Of a stretch of DNA of 64,000 nt, positions 30,889-39,332 are shown piece by piece (positions within the stretch are counted from its first letter, which is position 1; every line of letters begins with the position of its first letter). The position numbers and the translations under genes are program-made. The notes below the pieces were generated by a model. That model did not search any database and was not told the origin of the DNA. It saw nothing but the letters and a program-made list of their open reading frames with translations. The stretch comes from Halobacteriales archaeon QS_4_70_19 (GTDB lineage Archaea > Halobacteriota > Halobacteria > Halobacteriales > Haloarculaceae), in contig PXRM01000025.1 of the NCBI GenBank assembly GCA_003020985.1, positions 15,830 to 79,829 on the forward strand. Reading direction: 5' to 3'.

Positions 30889-31886
30889 GTACCAGCCGAA
30901 CGGGAGAATCGTACACGTACGAACCCGGGACGTTCACCGTTCCCGAACGAGGGAACATACGGATCGAGGGATGTCCTCCCTCTATCGAAGACCAACTCCG
31001 ACGTACTTCATTCGAACAGACGGCCGACAACATCTTCGTGAAGACCCAGGAGTCGCTCGATGACAGCGATCAAGAATATCGAGTTGTACGGGTGAAAGTC
31101 GACGGGCCGGTGCTCTACGTAGACGCACGGGACAACGTGGGAATCGTGAGCCTAACGCCGAGAGCCAAGCTCAGGATCGATCCGAAGATCGACTGGGATC
31201 ACATCTTCGACATGCTCCTCGCGGTACACGGCCGGAAGCGATCGGTCGAGTACCAGGGAATACCGCTATCCGACTTCAAATCCGAAGATGTCGACCTCGA
31301 GGACTTCGTCGCCGACGAGGCGGTCATCTATCTCCGTCACCGCCCCGAGTCGACGGACGTGTACGGAACCCCGCTAAAGAACGGCACGGACGGCGAGCGG
31401 ATCATCAATATCTCGCCGGCTCTGGTGGACTGCTTGGACGCCTACGTCGGACACAACCGTCACGACGTGACCGATGAGTTCGGGCGCGAGCCGCTGTTCA
31501 CGACCTCGGCAGGGAGAGTATCGACGACGACCGTTCGGCGGGACTTCTACAAGTTGAGCAGGCCGTGTGAGTACGACCCCGACTGTCCCCATGGTCGGAT
31601 AGTCGCGGAGTGCGAGGCGACGCGGAACGCCGAGGCGGCGTCGTGTCCGTCCTCCTTCAGTACCCATCCGCTCCGCAAGTGGGCCATCATGACGCAGCTC
31701 GACGAGGGCGTCCCGAAGGAGCTGCTGAGCGACCGCGTCGACGTCTCCGTCCCGATACTCGACAAGCACTACGACCAGCGCAGCGAGGAGCGGAAGTCGC
31801 GGCGCAGGCGGGAGGTGCTGGAGGCGAACATGGACCAGTACGCGATGACCGACGGCGGGCGACCGGTCGACGACGAAGGCTGGTAG
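30885..31886 (+). CDS. in-frame chimera: McrC-like N-terminus (~140 aa) joined to a tyrosine recombinase C-terminus
   Basis: ATGA overlap with McrB and McrC-like NVGIVSL..LRIDPKI..IFDML. After DLED (31293-31304) it reads TPLKNG..GREPLFTT..HPLRK..LSDRVDVS..LDKHYDQR, which aligns with the integrase at 33520. Confidence 0.82.
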   Translation: MSTSRTGESYTYEPGTFTVPERGNIRIEGCPPSIEDQLRRTSFEQTADNIFVKTQESLDDSDQEYRVVRVKVDGPVLYVDARDNVGIVSLTPRAKLRIDPKIDWDHIFDMLLAVHGRKRSVEYQGIPLSDFKSEDVDLEDFVADEAVIYLRHRPESTDVYGTPLKNGTDGERIINISPALVDCLDAYVGHNRHDVTDEFGREPLFTTSAGRVSTTTVRRDFYKLSRPCEYDPDCPHGRIVAECEATRNAEAASCPSSFSTHPLRKWAIMTQLDEGVPKELLSDRVDVSVPILDKHYDQRSEERKSRRRREVLEANMDQYAMTDGGRPVDDEGW

Positions 31887-32071
31887 CAGGGAGCGAAACG
31901 ATACTGCTGAGGCTGTCGGCGTGGTTTCTGGGTGGTACAGTCATCGGCTTCGTGAGTTTCATTGTTGGCAGTAGTGCTACTTAGCGCGGGTACACAGAGC
32001 CATATTTTGATTCCGGGACGAAAATCATAATAGCACGCGGTGTATTTTCGCGGATACCACTACTCGCCCCT

Positions 32072-33256
32072 ATGGACAGAGACGAGTTCGCTGCCAATGC
32101 GCCGGGTGAGATCGTGCCGTCGACGACCTCGCAAGGTAGTTTTCAGGCATTCCGTCCCGACCCGCTACCGCCCGAAGTCGATGCAGAGGGACTGATATTG
32201 CCGCTTGCCGACGCCACACAGGCACTCGGCCGCCTCCACGGTATCGGCCCGAGGGTTGGGTCGAGGGAGGTACTCATCGAGCCGTTCATGCGAAAAGAGG
32301 CGCTCGAGTCCTCGCAAATCGAGGGGACTCACGCGACTCTCTCCGACATCTACGCCTACGAGGCCGATCAGGAGGCGCTCATCGACGAGGACCGAAGGCA
32401 GGGAACTCAGGAGGTCGTGAACTATCTGAGTGCTCTCACGCACGGTCTGAATGCGATAACGGCTGGTGAGCCCGTCACAGTCGATCTCCTGCGCGAGATG
32501 CACGACAGGCTGCTCTCGGGCGTCAGAGGCGAAGAAACGAATCCGGGCGAACTACGGACCACGCAGAACTACATCGGTACCAAGCCGTACATTGGGGATG
32601 CTCGGTACGTTCCGCCGCCTCCGAATCTCGTTCCCGAGCTGCTGGAGGACCTCATCGAATACGCCAATCGTGAGGACGGGATGCACTCGCTCCTCCGCAT
32701 CGGGCTCGTCCACTACCAGTTCGAGACGATCCACCCGTTCCTCGACGGGAATGGCCGGCTGGGCCGCCTTCTCATCAGCTTGCTCCTTCAGCGTGATGAG
32801 CTTCTGCCAGAACCGTATCTCTATCTGTCTTCGTACTTCAACGCGCACCGCAGTAACTATATCGACCACTTACTCTCCGTGAGTCAGCGCGGTGAGTGGG
32901 AGGCATGGCTACGCTTCTTCCTGCGAGGGATGCAAACGCAGGCCGACGAAGCACACAGGCGGGCCAACCTCCTGGTGGACCTCCGTGAGGAGTATCAAGA
33001 GCGCTACCAGAGCGAGCGCTCGGAGAACATCCTCGAACTTGTGATGCACCTCTTCGAGAATCCGTATCTGGACGTGAACACTGCCGCCGACTGGCTCGGC
33101 GTGCAGTACAGTACCGCGAACCGGCTGGTCGGACAGCTTGAGGGGGATGGTGTGCTCGTCGAACTCACTGGTCAGGACCGAAATCGGTTCTATCGGGCGA
33201 GCGAGGTATTCGACATCATCAACAGACCAATCGAGCAGCTCTCGAAATCGGGGTAG
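32072..33256 (+). CDS. Fic family protein with N-terminal inhibitory motif and C-terminal wHTH
   Basis: HPFLDGNGRLGR catalytic motif and SSQIEG. Confidence 0.93.
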   Translation: MDRDEFAANAPGEIVPSTTSQGSFQAFRPDPLPPEVDAEGLILPLADATQALGRLHGIGPRVGSREVLIEPFMRKEALESSQIEGTHATLSDIYAYEADQEALIDEDRRQGTQEVVNYLSALTHGLNAITAGEPVTVDLLREMHDRLLSGVRGEETNPGELRTTQNYIGTKPYIGDARYVPPPPNLVPELLEDLIEYANREDGMHSLLRIGLVHYQFETIHPFLDGNGRLGRLLISLLLQRDELLPEPYLYLSSYFNAHRSNYIDHLLSVSQRGEWEAWLRFFLRGMQTQADEAHRRANLLVDLREEYQERYQSERSENILELVMHLFENPYLDVNTAADWLGVQYSTANRLVGQLEGDGVLVELTGQDRNRFYRASEVFDIINRPIEQLSKSG

Positions 33257-33519
33257 TTGTGTTGTTTTTCGTTTGAAGGGACGATATATCAGGTGGTATC
33301 GTTAGATTCGATTTAGAGATCGCTCTTGTGGCGGAGATTGTTGGTAGCGAACTCCAGCCTCGGTCGGAGTTAGTCGAACCGTCGGTAGAACCGGTGACGA
33401 CCCTGTTCAATCTCACCCACAGGTGAATCACAGCGACCGAAAAATCGCCCGAGGCCTCTCCACCAACAATCTTCTACCTAAGAGCGTTAGAGATAGTATG
33501 GGGATTGGTTAGCGCTTGT

Positions 33520-34515
33520 CTATAGATCGTCCAAATATCCCCTCCGTTGCTCTAACTTCACCTCCTCGGACCTGCGATCATAGTGCTGGTCGAGCACGTC
33601 GCGGCTCACGTTCATCCGGTCGCTCACCACCTCCGTCGGCACGTCCTCCGTCAGGTAGTGCGTGATACTCCCGCGCCGAATCGCGTGCGGGCTCAGGGCC
33701 TCAGGGCACTTCCTGTCCGGGCTGTCGACGCAGTCCGGACACGGCTCTCCCCGGAGGCACGGCGCAGTCGTCTGATAGACGATGCGCCGATACGAGGTGC
33801 GACACAGCCGGCCTTGGTCGCTCGTGATGAGCGGTTCCCGACCGGCGTCGTCGACGCTGTCGATTCGGCTGTGCTCGATGTACTCCCGCAGCAACCCGGC
33901 GAGCTCGTCCGTAATCGCGACAGGCCGCTCTCCGCTCTTACCGTTCTTGAGCGTCGTCCCGCGGTCCGGCCGGTGGACGAGATCGACGTATCCCCCATCG
34001 AGATACACGTCGTCGAGGTCGATCGAGTTCGCAGCCCCGACGCGGGTGCCGGTCTCCCAGAGGAGCGCGACGATTGCGTGTCGCCGCGAGGCGAAGTGGT
34101 ACTTCGAGAGGTACCCCAGGAGCTCGCGGGCTTCGTCGGCTTCGAGCATGTCATCGCGCTGCCGCTCGTCTCGTCCCACCTGGGGCATCATGACCTTGTC
34201 GTAGAGGTTTGGCGGCACCGCCTCAATGGACGCGGCCCACTTCAGAAATACGCGGAGCGTTCACATGTGCTGTCGGAGCGACAGCTGGTTGATGTCGTGC
34301 TCCTCCATGTGCCAGAGGCGGAATTCGTGGAGGTGCCGGCCGGTGAGGTCGTTCAGGTTGTCGACGCCGTTCTCCTCGCACCACGCGACGATGTGCTTCG
34401 TCCGGTAGTGGTGGCCCTGTACCGTCGCTTCGGTGCAGTGGGTCGCCTTGTGGTCGAGGTATAGCTCGCGCGCGGTGCTCGGATCGATCGGTTCGAGGTC
34501 GTGATTCGCTGCCAT
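33520..34515 (-). pseudogene. haloarchaeal tyrosine integrase with a single in-frame TGA at 34261-34263
   Basis: MAANHDLEPIDP..RQHM*TLRVFLKW continues in the same frame; catalytic residues in ETGTR, TLKNG, HAIRR, HYDRR. Confidence 0.9.
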
Positions 34516-34594
34516 TGGTTCTCACGAGCTCCGTCGAGAAGGCGCGTACCGCCTGGAATCGGTGGCGAAGGGAACGCGCTAGGTCCGCGCTTTT

Positions 34595-34608
34595 TCCGCC
34601 CCGACCCA
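34595..34608 (+). repeat. att core TCCGCCCCGACCCA (last 14 nt of tRNA-Val)
   Basis: Identical to 29031-29044. Confidence 0.85.
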
Positions 34609-34681
34609 CTGAGTTCTCGAACGGAGTGAGAGACGAAGCGGTGAGCGGGCGGTTCGGGCCCAGAGGACGAGCGGAGTCCTC

Positions 34682-34932
34682 GCGGTTCGAATCCGCCCCG
34701 ACCCATGCGCGGTCCGCACGGTTCGTAATTTCCCTGTTTCCGGGCGTTTCAGCAATCTTAGTGGCCGAATCGGGTTTTCAGACGGGCGTGTGAGAATCAT
34801 TCGAATCTCCCGGAACCCGTGCGGCCGACGCACGGGTGTCGCCTCCGTCCGGGACTCAGCATATACGAAATCGAGGGTGGACAATAAACGTACGGGGGCG
34901 ATTTTCACGTATTCCTTCCGAGCGAAGGGAAT
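34682..34932 (+). repeat. duplicated tRNA T-arm/3' acceptor strand (24 nt) plus conserved left arm, copy 2
   Basis: GCGGTTCGAATCCGCCCCGACCCA followed by an arm homologous to 29045-29270. Confidence 0.92.
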
Positions 34933-34967
34933 CGTACACTACTACTAGTTCGTACCGTAGAACGTCC

Positions 34968-35004
34968 GTCCCGACAGGGAGAAAACCCAGGACGGGATTG
35001 AAAC
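34968..35004 (+). CRISPR. solitary 37-bp CRISPR-like repeat GTCCCGACAGGGAGAAAACCCAGGACGGGATTGAAAC
   Basis: GTC start, GAAAACCC-N5-GGG mini-hairpin and ATTGAAAC 3' handle, as in haloarchaeal type I-D-associated repeats (from recall). Only one copy was seen. Confidence 0.72.
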
Positions 35005-35217
35005 GGTGGTACGTCGACAGCGAGGCCGACGACGACGGCCGCGTTGACGACGCGCTCGGCGACGTCTGAGCGGTGGGTCGCTTGCCACCGCGAGGCTACA
35101 CAAGGACGGTATTTTGCCCGCAGTCCGTAAGCGATCACCTCCCTGTCTACGGGGCACACGAAGTCGACTGGTTATGGTCCCGCAACCTCTAACTTCTTAC
35201 GTCCCCTCTTACCGAGT

Positions 35218-35487
35218 ATGAGCAAGACAACCGGCACCGAGACTACCCGCGTCACGGACAAGGGTCAGACGACCATCCCGAAGCCCCTTCGCGAGAAGTA
35301 CGGCATCGAGCCCGGCGACGAGGTCGTGTGGGTCGAAGGCGAGGACGGTATCATAGTCCGAAAAAGGGGCGACTTGCCCCACTACGGCTTCCTTGCCGAG
35401 GACATGACCCCCGAAGAGGCCGAGACCGTCGCCGAGGGCCTCATCGAGGACATGGACGAGCTTCAGACGCCCACGCTGGACGGGTGA
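35218..35487 (+). CDS. AbrB/MazE/SpoVT family antitoxin (VapB-like)
   Basis: TRVTDKGQTTIPKPLREKYGIEPGDEVVW. Confidence 0.92.
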   Translation: MSKTTGTETTRVTDKGQTTIPKPLREKYGIEPGDEVVWVEGEDGIIVRKRGDLPHYGFLAEDMTPEEAETVAEGLIEDMDELQTPTLDG

Positions 35488-35891
35488 AGCGCCACACCGT
35501 CAACGCGAACGCGCTCATCTACTTCTCCGTCGGAATACTCCCCACAGCGGCCCACGAACAGTTCAGGAAGGCCGCCGAGGGGAAGGTCACTCTCGAAGTG
35601 CCGACGATCGCGCTCGTCGAGGCGATGTTCATCATGGACCGGCGCGACGAAATTGAGAACATCCCGGTGCCCGTCGACGCGGAGCAAGCCCTCAGCGTGT
35701 TCGAGCAGCTCCCCGTCACCATCGTCGAGGACACCCCCGCCGACGCCCGCGAACTGCCCTCGCACCTCGGCGTCTTCCCGTCGCAGATGCACGACGCGAT
35801 GGTCGTCTCGAACCACGCCAACCGGAACACCGACGCCATCATCACCAGCGACGAGAAGATGACCGACGACTACCCTACCGTCTGGGCCTGA
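35484..35891 (+). CDS. PIN domain VapC-like toxin (first catalytic Asp reads Asn)
   Basis: GTGA overlap; TVNANALI, PTIALVE, MHDAMVV, IITSD. Confidence 0.85.
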   Translation: MKRHTVNANALIYFSVGILPTAAHEQFRKAAEGKVTLEVPTIALVEAMFIMDRRDEIENIPVPVDAEQALSVFEQLPVTIVEDTPADARELPSHLGVFPSQMHDAMVVSNHANRNTDAIITSDEKMTDDYPTVWA

Positions 35892-35934
35892 CATCTACCC
35901 CAGCGCTCCGAACGTCCCCTCGCGGTGTCGAACG

Positions 35935-36946
35935 GACGCGTCGTTCTGGCTCGGGAAACTGAGCGGACTCACCGAGATGGTCGAATACCCGCCGCTCCCC
36001 TACGCGTCCCTCGTCCGAAAAGAGGCCATCGAATCAGCCGAGATCGAGGACGCGGACATCGACATGGACGACGTCTACCGGTTCGAAACGAAGGGGCTGG
36101 ACGACGATAGCGACCCGGACCGGGTCAAGAGCGTCCAGGAAGTGCTCAACTACGAGGCGGCCATCACGCGGGGCATCAAAGCGTTAGATGAGGGCCACGC
36201 CATCACCGCCGATCTCATCACATCGCTCCACGAAACGCTACTGCAGGGCGTCAGAAGCGACACGGATATGATCGGAGACTACCGAGAGACGCCGGTTCAC
36301 CTCGGCTCCTTCGTCCCTCCGTCACCGAGCAGCGTCCCCGGGCACGTCGACGCGCTCCTCTCGTACATCCGGAGCGGTGGTTCCTATCATCCGCTGGTCG
36401 ATATCGCGCTGGTCCACTACCAGTTCGAGACGATCCATCCTTTCGGCGACGGGAACGGACGCCTGGGGCGCGTGCTCGTCACGCTCCAACTCTACGACGA
36501 GGGGTATCTCAACCGGCCGAACCTCTACCTGAGCGAGTATTTCAATCGGAACAAGGAGGTCTACGTCGAACGGATGCGCGAGGTCAGCAGGAACGGCGCG
36601 TGGGAGGCGTGGCTCCAGTTCTTCCTGATGGGGTTGGCCCCAGGCTCGAGAGTCTCACGAGCGTACGCTCGAACTCCACGACCTCCAAGAGCGCTACGAA
36701 GGGACCTACGGCGACAGCAAGCGGACGGACGCGCGGTTGGGGGTGCGCCTCTTCGAACAGCCCTATCTGACCGCGAACGATGTCGAAGAGATGTTTGACG
36801 TCTCCGGACCGACGGCGTACCGCGCGATCCACTCACTTGAAGAGGACGGCGTCCTCAAGGAAGTGACTGGGAAGGAGAGCCACCGCGAGTACCGGGCGAC
36901 CGAGATTTTCGAGATTCTAGAGCGGCCGCCAGCTGCGTACGAATAA
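35935..36946 (+). pseudogene. second Fic family protein, 5'-truncated and frameshifted at ~36640
   Basis: DASFWLGKLSG..EAIESAEIE and HPFGDGNGRLGR; the C-terminal wHTH (LFEQPYLT..EVTGKESHREYRATEIF) is in a shifted frame. Confidence 0.85.
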
Positions 36947-37053
36947 GAGCTGCCGGTGTCCCTACTGAGGAACGCTCGATCCCTCCCGTTTGAACTGGGT
37001 ATAGAAAGCCGTCGTCGGTAGGTCGTCGGCTATTGGTGTGTGTCGCGTAGCGC

Positions 37054-37182
37054 TCACTCGATCGAAGGATCGGTGTCAGCGTTCTCCGGAAAATCGCAAT
37101 GGTGCCGGAGCGGGCAGTCGTCGCAACCGGGTTCGCGCGCGGTGCTCGGATCGATCGGTTCGAGGTCGTGATTCGCTGCCAT
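37054..37182 (-). pseudogene. 42-aa chimera: integrase N-terminus joined to an HhH-GPD glycosylase Fe-S tail
   Basis: MAANHDLEPIDPSTARE (same as the integrase at 34515) followed by PGCDDCPLRHHCDFPENADTDPSIE*. Confidence 0.75.
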
Positions 37183-37261
37183 TGGTTCTCACGACCCCCG
37201 CGGAAAACACCTGTACCCCGCGAAATCGGCGGCAAAGGGAACGCGCCAGGTCCGCGCGTTT

Positions 37262-37275
37262 TCCGCCCCGACCCA
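37262..37275 (+). repeat. terminal att core TCCGCCCCGACCCA
   Basis: Identical to the tRNA 3' end and followed by pyrimidine-rich CTTCTCCCCTTC. Confidence 0.85.
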
Positions 37276-37440
37276 CTTCTCCCCTTCACACCCACGAGCG
37301 ATAGCGCCCGGTCCGTGGGCACGAAGACAGTTCGCTCCGTCGCGTCGCGGACCGACGCTCCCGGGCAGCGGACGGGTTTGCGACCCTTTGCCACTCGTCC
37401 GGTCGAAGGGACGACCGTGTCCTGAGCCCACGACTACGGG

Positions 37441-37774
37441 TCCGCACTGAGTGGCGTCGCCGACGGCATCCTCGCCGGCTCCGTCCGCCTGGGAGAGGGA
37501 GACGACGCTCTCGCCGTCGACATCCCCGACGAGGAGGAGGGAGCGGACGACGAGCCCGCGCCCGTGCGCCCCGGCGACGCGTCACGGATGCAGGCCCGGT
37601 TCGAACTCTTCCGTGACCGGGCGGACGAGTGGCGCTGGCGGCTCCGGCACCGGAACGGGAACGTCATCGCCACCAGTGGCGAGGGCTACACCCAAGCACA
37701 GCGCGCGCAAGGGGCTCCGGCGCGTCGTGCAGAACGCGCCGGAGGCGGAGGTCGTCGAGGACGGCGGGGACTGA
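37441..37774 (+). pseudogene. amphi-Trp / YegP (DUF1508, HVO_2922-like) protein remnant
   Basis: SALSGVADGILAGSVRLG..ARFELFRDRADEWRWRLRHRNGNVIATSGEGYT, then a frameshift at ~37692 into KHSARKGLRRVVQNAP. Confidence 0.75.
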
Positions 37775-37944
37775 CCCGGTTCCGTCTCCATCTGGCCCGT
37801 CTCGGGGATACTGTCCTCTCGTGGGCGGTGGCGATGGGGGGGCTGTCCGTGCAGCGGTCGGTCGTCGGTACTGCTGGTCGGCCTGCAGTCGTCCGCAGGA
37901 GCATCGTGGGTCGGCCGCGTCGGTAACCGGCGTTCGGTCGGTGT

Positions 37945-38304
37945 TCAGGCGCTGTGGTCGGTGATCAGGATACGGCCGTCGCCGTGGACCTTCACCCGGT
38001 AGCTGCGGACCCACAGGACGACGACCCCGTCGTTGCGTGCGTCGGGGTCCGTGGCGGGGGCCCGGAAGAGGCGGTCGAGTGCGTCGGGGTCGGCGTACTC
38101 CGAGAAGTCCTCGACCAGTTCGGTGACGGGAATCCCGGACACCTCAGACACCGCCTGGCTGATGGTGATGCTCAGCCCGTCGGTCCGCATGTCGTGACTG
38201 GTACGATACGTCGTCTCGTCTCCCCCCACAGGAGTTACCTCTGGCGAGGCACCCGACGTCCCGCGGGTGACGATGGGGCCAGAATCGGGGGCTGTGTTGC
38301 TCAC
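37945..38304 (-). CDS. HalOD1 output domain protein
   Basis: LSITISQAVSEVSG..DPDALDRLF..YRVKVHGDGRI. Confidence 0.85.
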   Translation of the reverse strand: MSNTAPDSGPIVTRGTSGASPEVTPVGGDETTYRTSHDMRTDGLSITISQAVSEVSGIPVTELVEDFSEYADPDALDRLFRAPATDPDARNDGVVVLWVRSYRVKVHGDGRILITDHSA

Positions 38305-38710
38305 ACATCCACAACAACCAGGCTAGGCATAAAACTTCCTCCCGAAAGTTAGAATTCTCACGTGATAACCTCTCGATCACGAGTAGAAGTGGAATGTCGA
38401 ACGTAGTTCTGAAAAAGGGTGGAGAATCAATACGAAACGGGGGTTCGATTGCGGAATACACTGCCGAGCCCCGGTTCGGTATGAAGTTAGAATCCCAACG
38501 GGGGAGGCCCAATGAGAGGCAGATGCGGGCGATGTCTCGAACCGAAGTGGTGGAGCGGTATGGGACATCCACGTCCGTCCGGAGATCGGTTAACAAAACT
38601 AATCACGCTGTGGGGAACGAGGGAATCGACCCGGGAGTGGATATCAGGAGCGGACGTGACAGTCCGTCTACCCGACGGCCCGTCGGTCGGGTCCCGGCCT
38701 GTTCGCATGG

Positions 38711-39070
38711 TCACGGCGTGGTGTCGACGATGAGGATGCGGCCGCTCCCGTAGACGGTGACGTGGTAGCCCCGGATAGGGAAGACGATGTACCCGTCGTC
38801 GCGTATCTCGGGGTCCATCACGGGCGACCGGAAGAGGCGGTCAAGTGCGTCGGGGTCGGCGTACTCCGAGAAGTCCCTGACGAGTTCCGTCGCGCTGACG
38901 TCTGCCACCTCCGCCAGCGCCTGGCTGATGGTGACGCTCAGCCCGTCCGTGGTCATGTCGTGACTGGTTCGGTACACCGAACTGCCTCCGTCCGCAGCGT
39001 CGAGATCCGGCGGGGCGCCCGGCGGTTGAGGGCAGGCGGCCGCGTCCGAATCGTCGGATCGTCTGTTCAC
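38711..39070 (-). CDS. HalOD1 output domain protein (paralog)
   Basis: LSVTISQALAEVAD..DPDALDRLF..GYHVTVYGSGRI; GTG start with a TTATA box upstream. Confidence 0.85.
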   Translation of the reverse strand: MNRRSDDSDAAACPQPPGAPPDLDAADGGSSVYRTSHDMTTDGLSVTISQALAEVADVSATELVRDFSEYADPDALDRLFRSPVMDPEIRDDGYIVFPIRGYHVTVYGSGRILIVDTTP

Positions 39071-39332
39071 ACGTACTCTCGTACCCTCGCGTGTATAAGG
39101 GTTCGGTTTGATGGTTCGAGATATCACGACTCACTCGATATCAGCATTGACGTTCGAGCCAAAACTGGTTGCGTGCTTATTCTATCGATATCCGTCTCGT
39201 CGTCACTTATGCACCTCCACGTCAGGATTGATATCTAGTACGCAATCGGCAATTAGCGTGGAGAATCTCACGATTGTCAGCGTATCCGTCGAAATCCCAA
39301 CCTCCTTGTCCGTCGAGGCGGTTCAAATGATA

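Larger units (their letters stand above)
29045..34608. mobile_element. tRNA-Val-integrated element 1 (McrB, McrC::int fusion, Fic, tyrosine integrase)
   Basis: Lower GC; bounded by the tRNA 3' end and the core TCCGCCCCGACCCA at 34595-34608, next to the integrase start. Confidence 0.85.
34706..37275. mobile_element. integrated element 2 (solitary CRISPR-like repeat, AbrB-VapC, broken Fic, integrase remnant)
   Basis: Same left arm as element 1. Its right end 37135-37277 is homologous to 34468-34610, with the core at 37262-37275. Confidence 0.82.

Noticed and set aside
33257-33519. Gene between Fic and the integrase
   Set aside because: Low-GC sequence with only a short ORF of no recognisable family; at most a remnant.
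34261-34263. Recoded TGA (selenocysteine or readthrough) in the integrase
   Set aside because: Haloarchaea are not known to use selenocysteine and no recoding signal is evident. A nonsense mutation fits the decay seen around it.
34682-34705. Second tRNA-Val gene
   Set aside because: Only the T-arm and 3' acceptor strand are present. There is no D-arm, 5' acceptor strand or CAC anticodon, so it is an att duplicate.
34933-35091. A full CRISPR array around the solitary repeat
   Set aside because: No convincing second repeat at spacer distance on either side. The upstream GGGAATCGTAC only weakly resembles GGGATTGAAAC.
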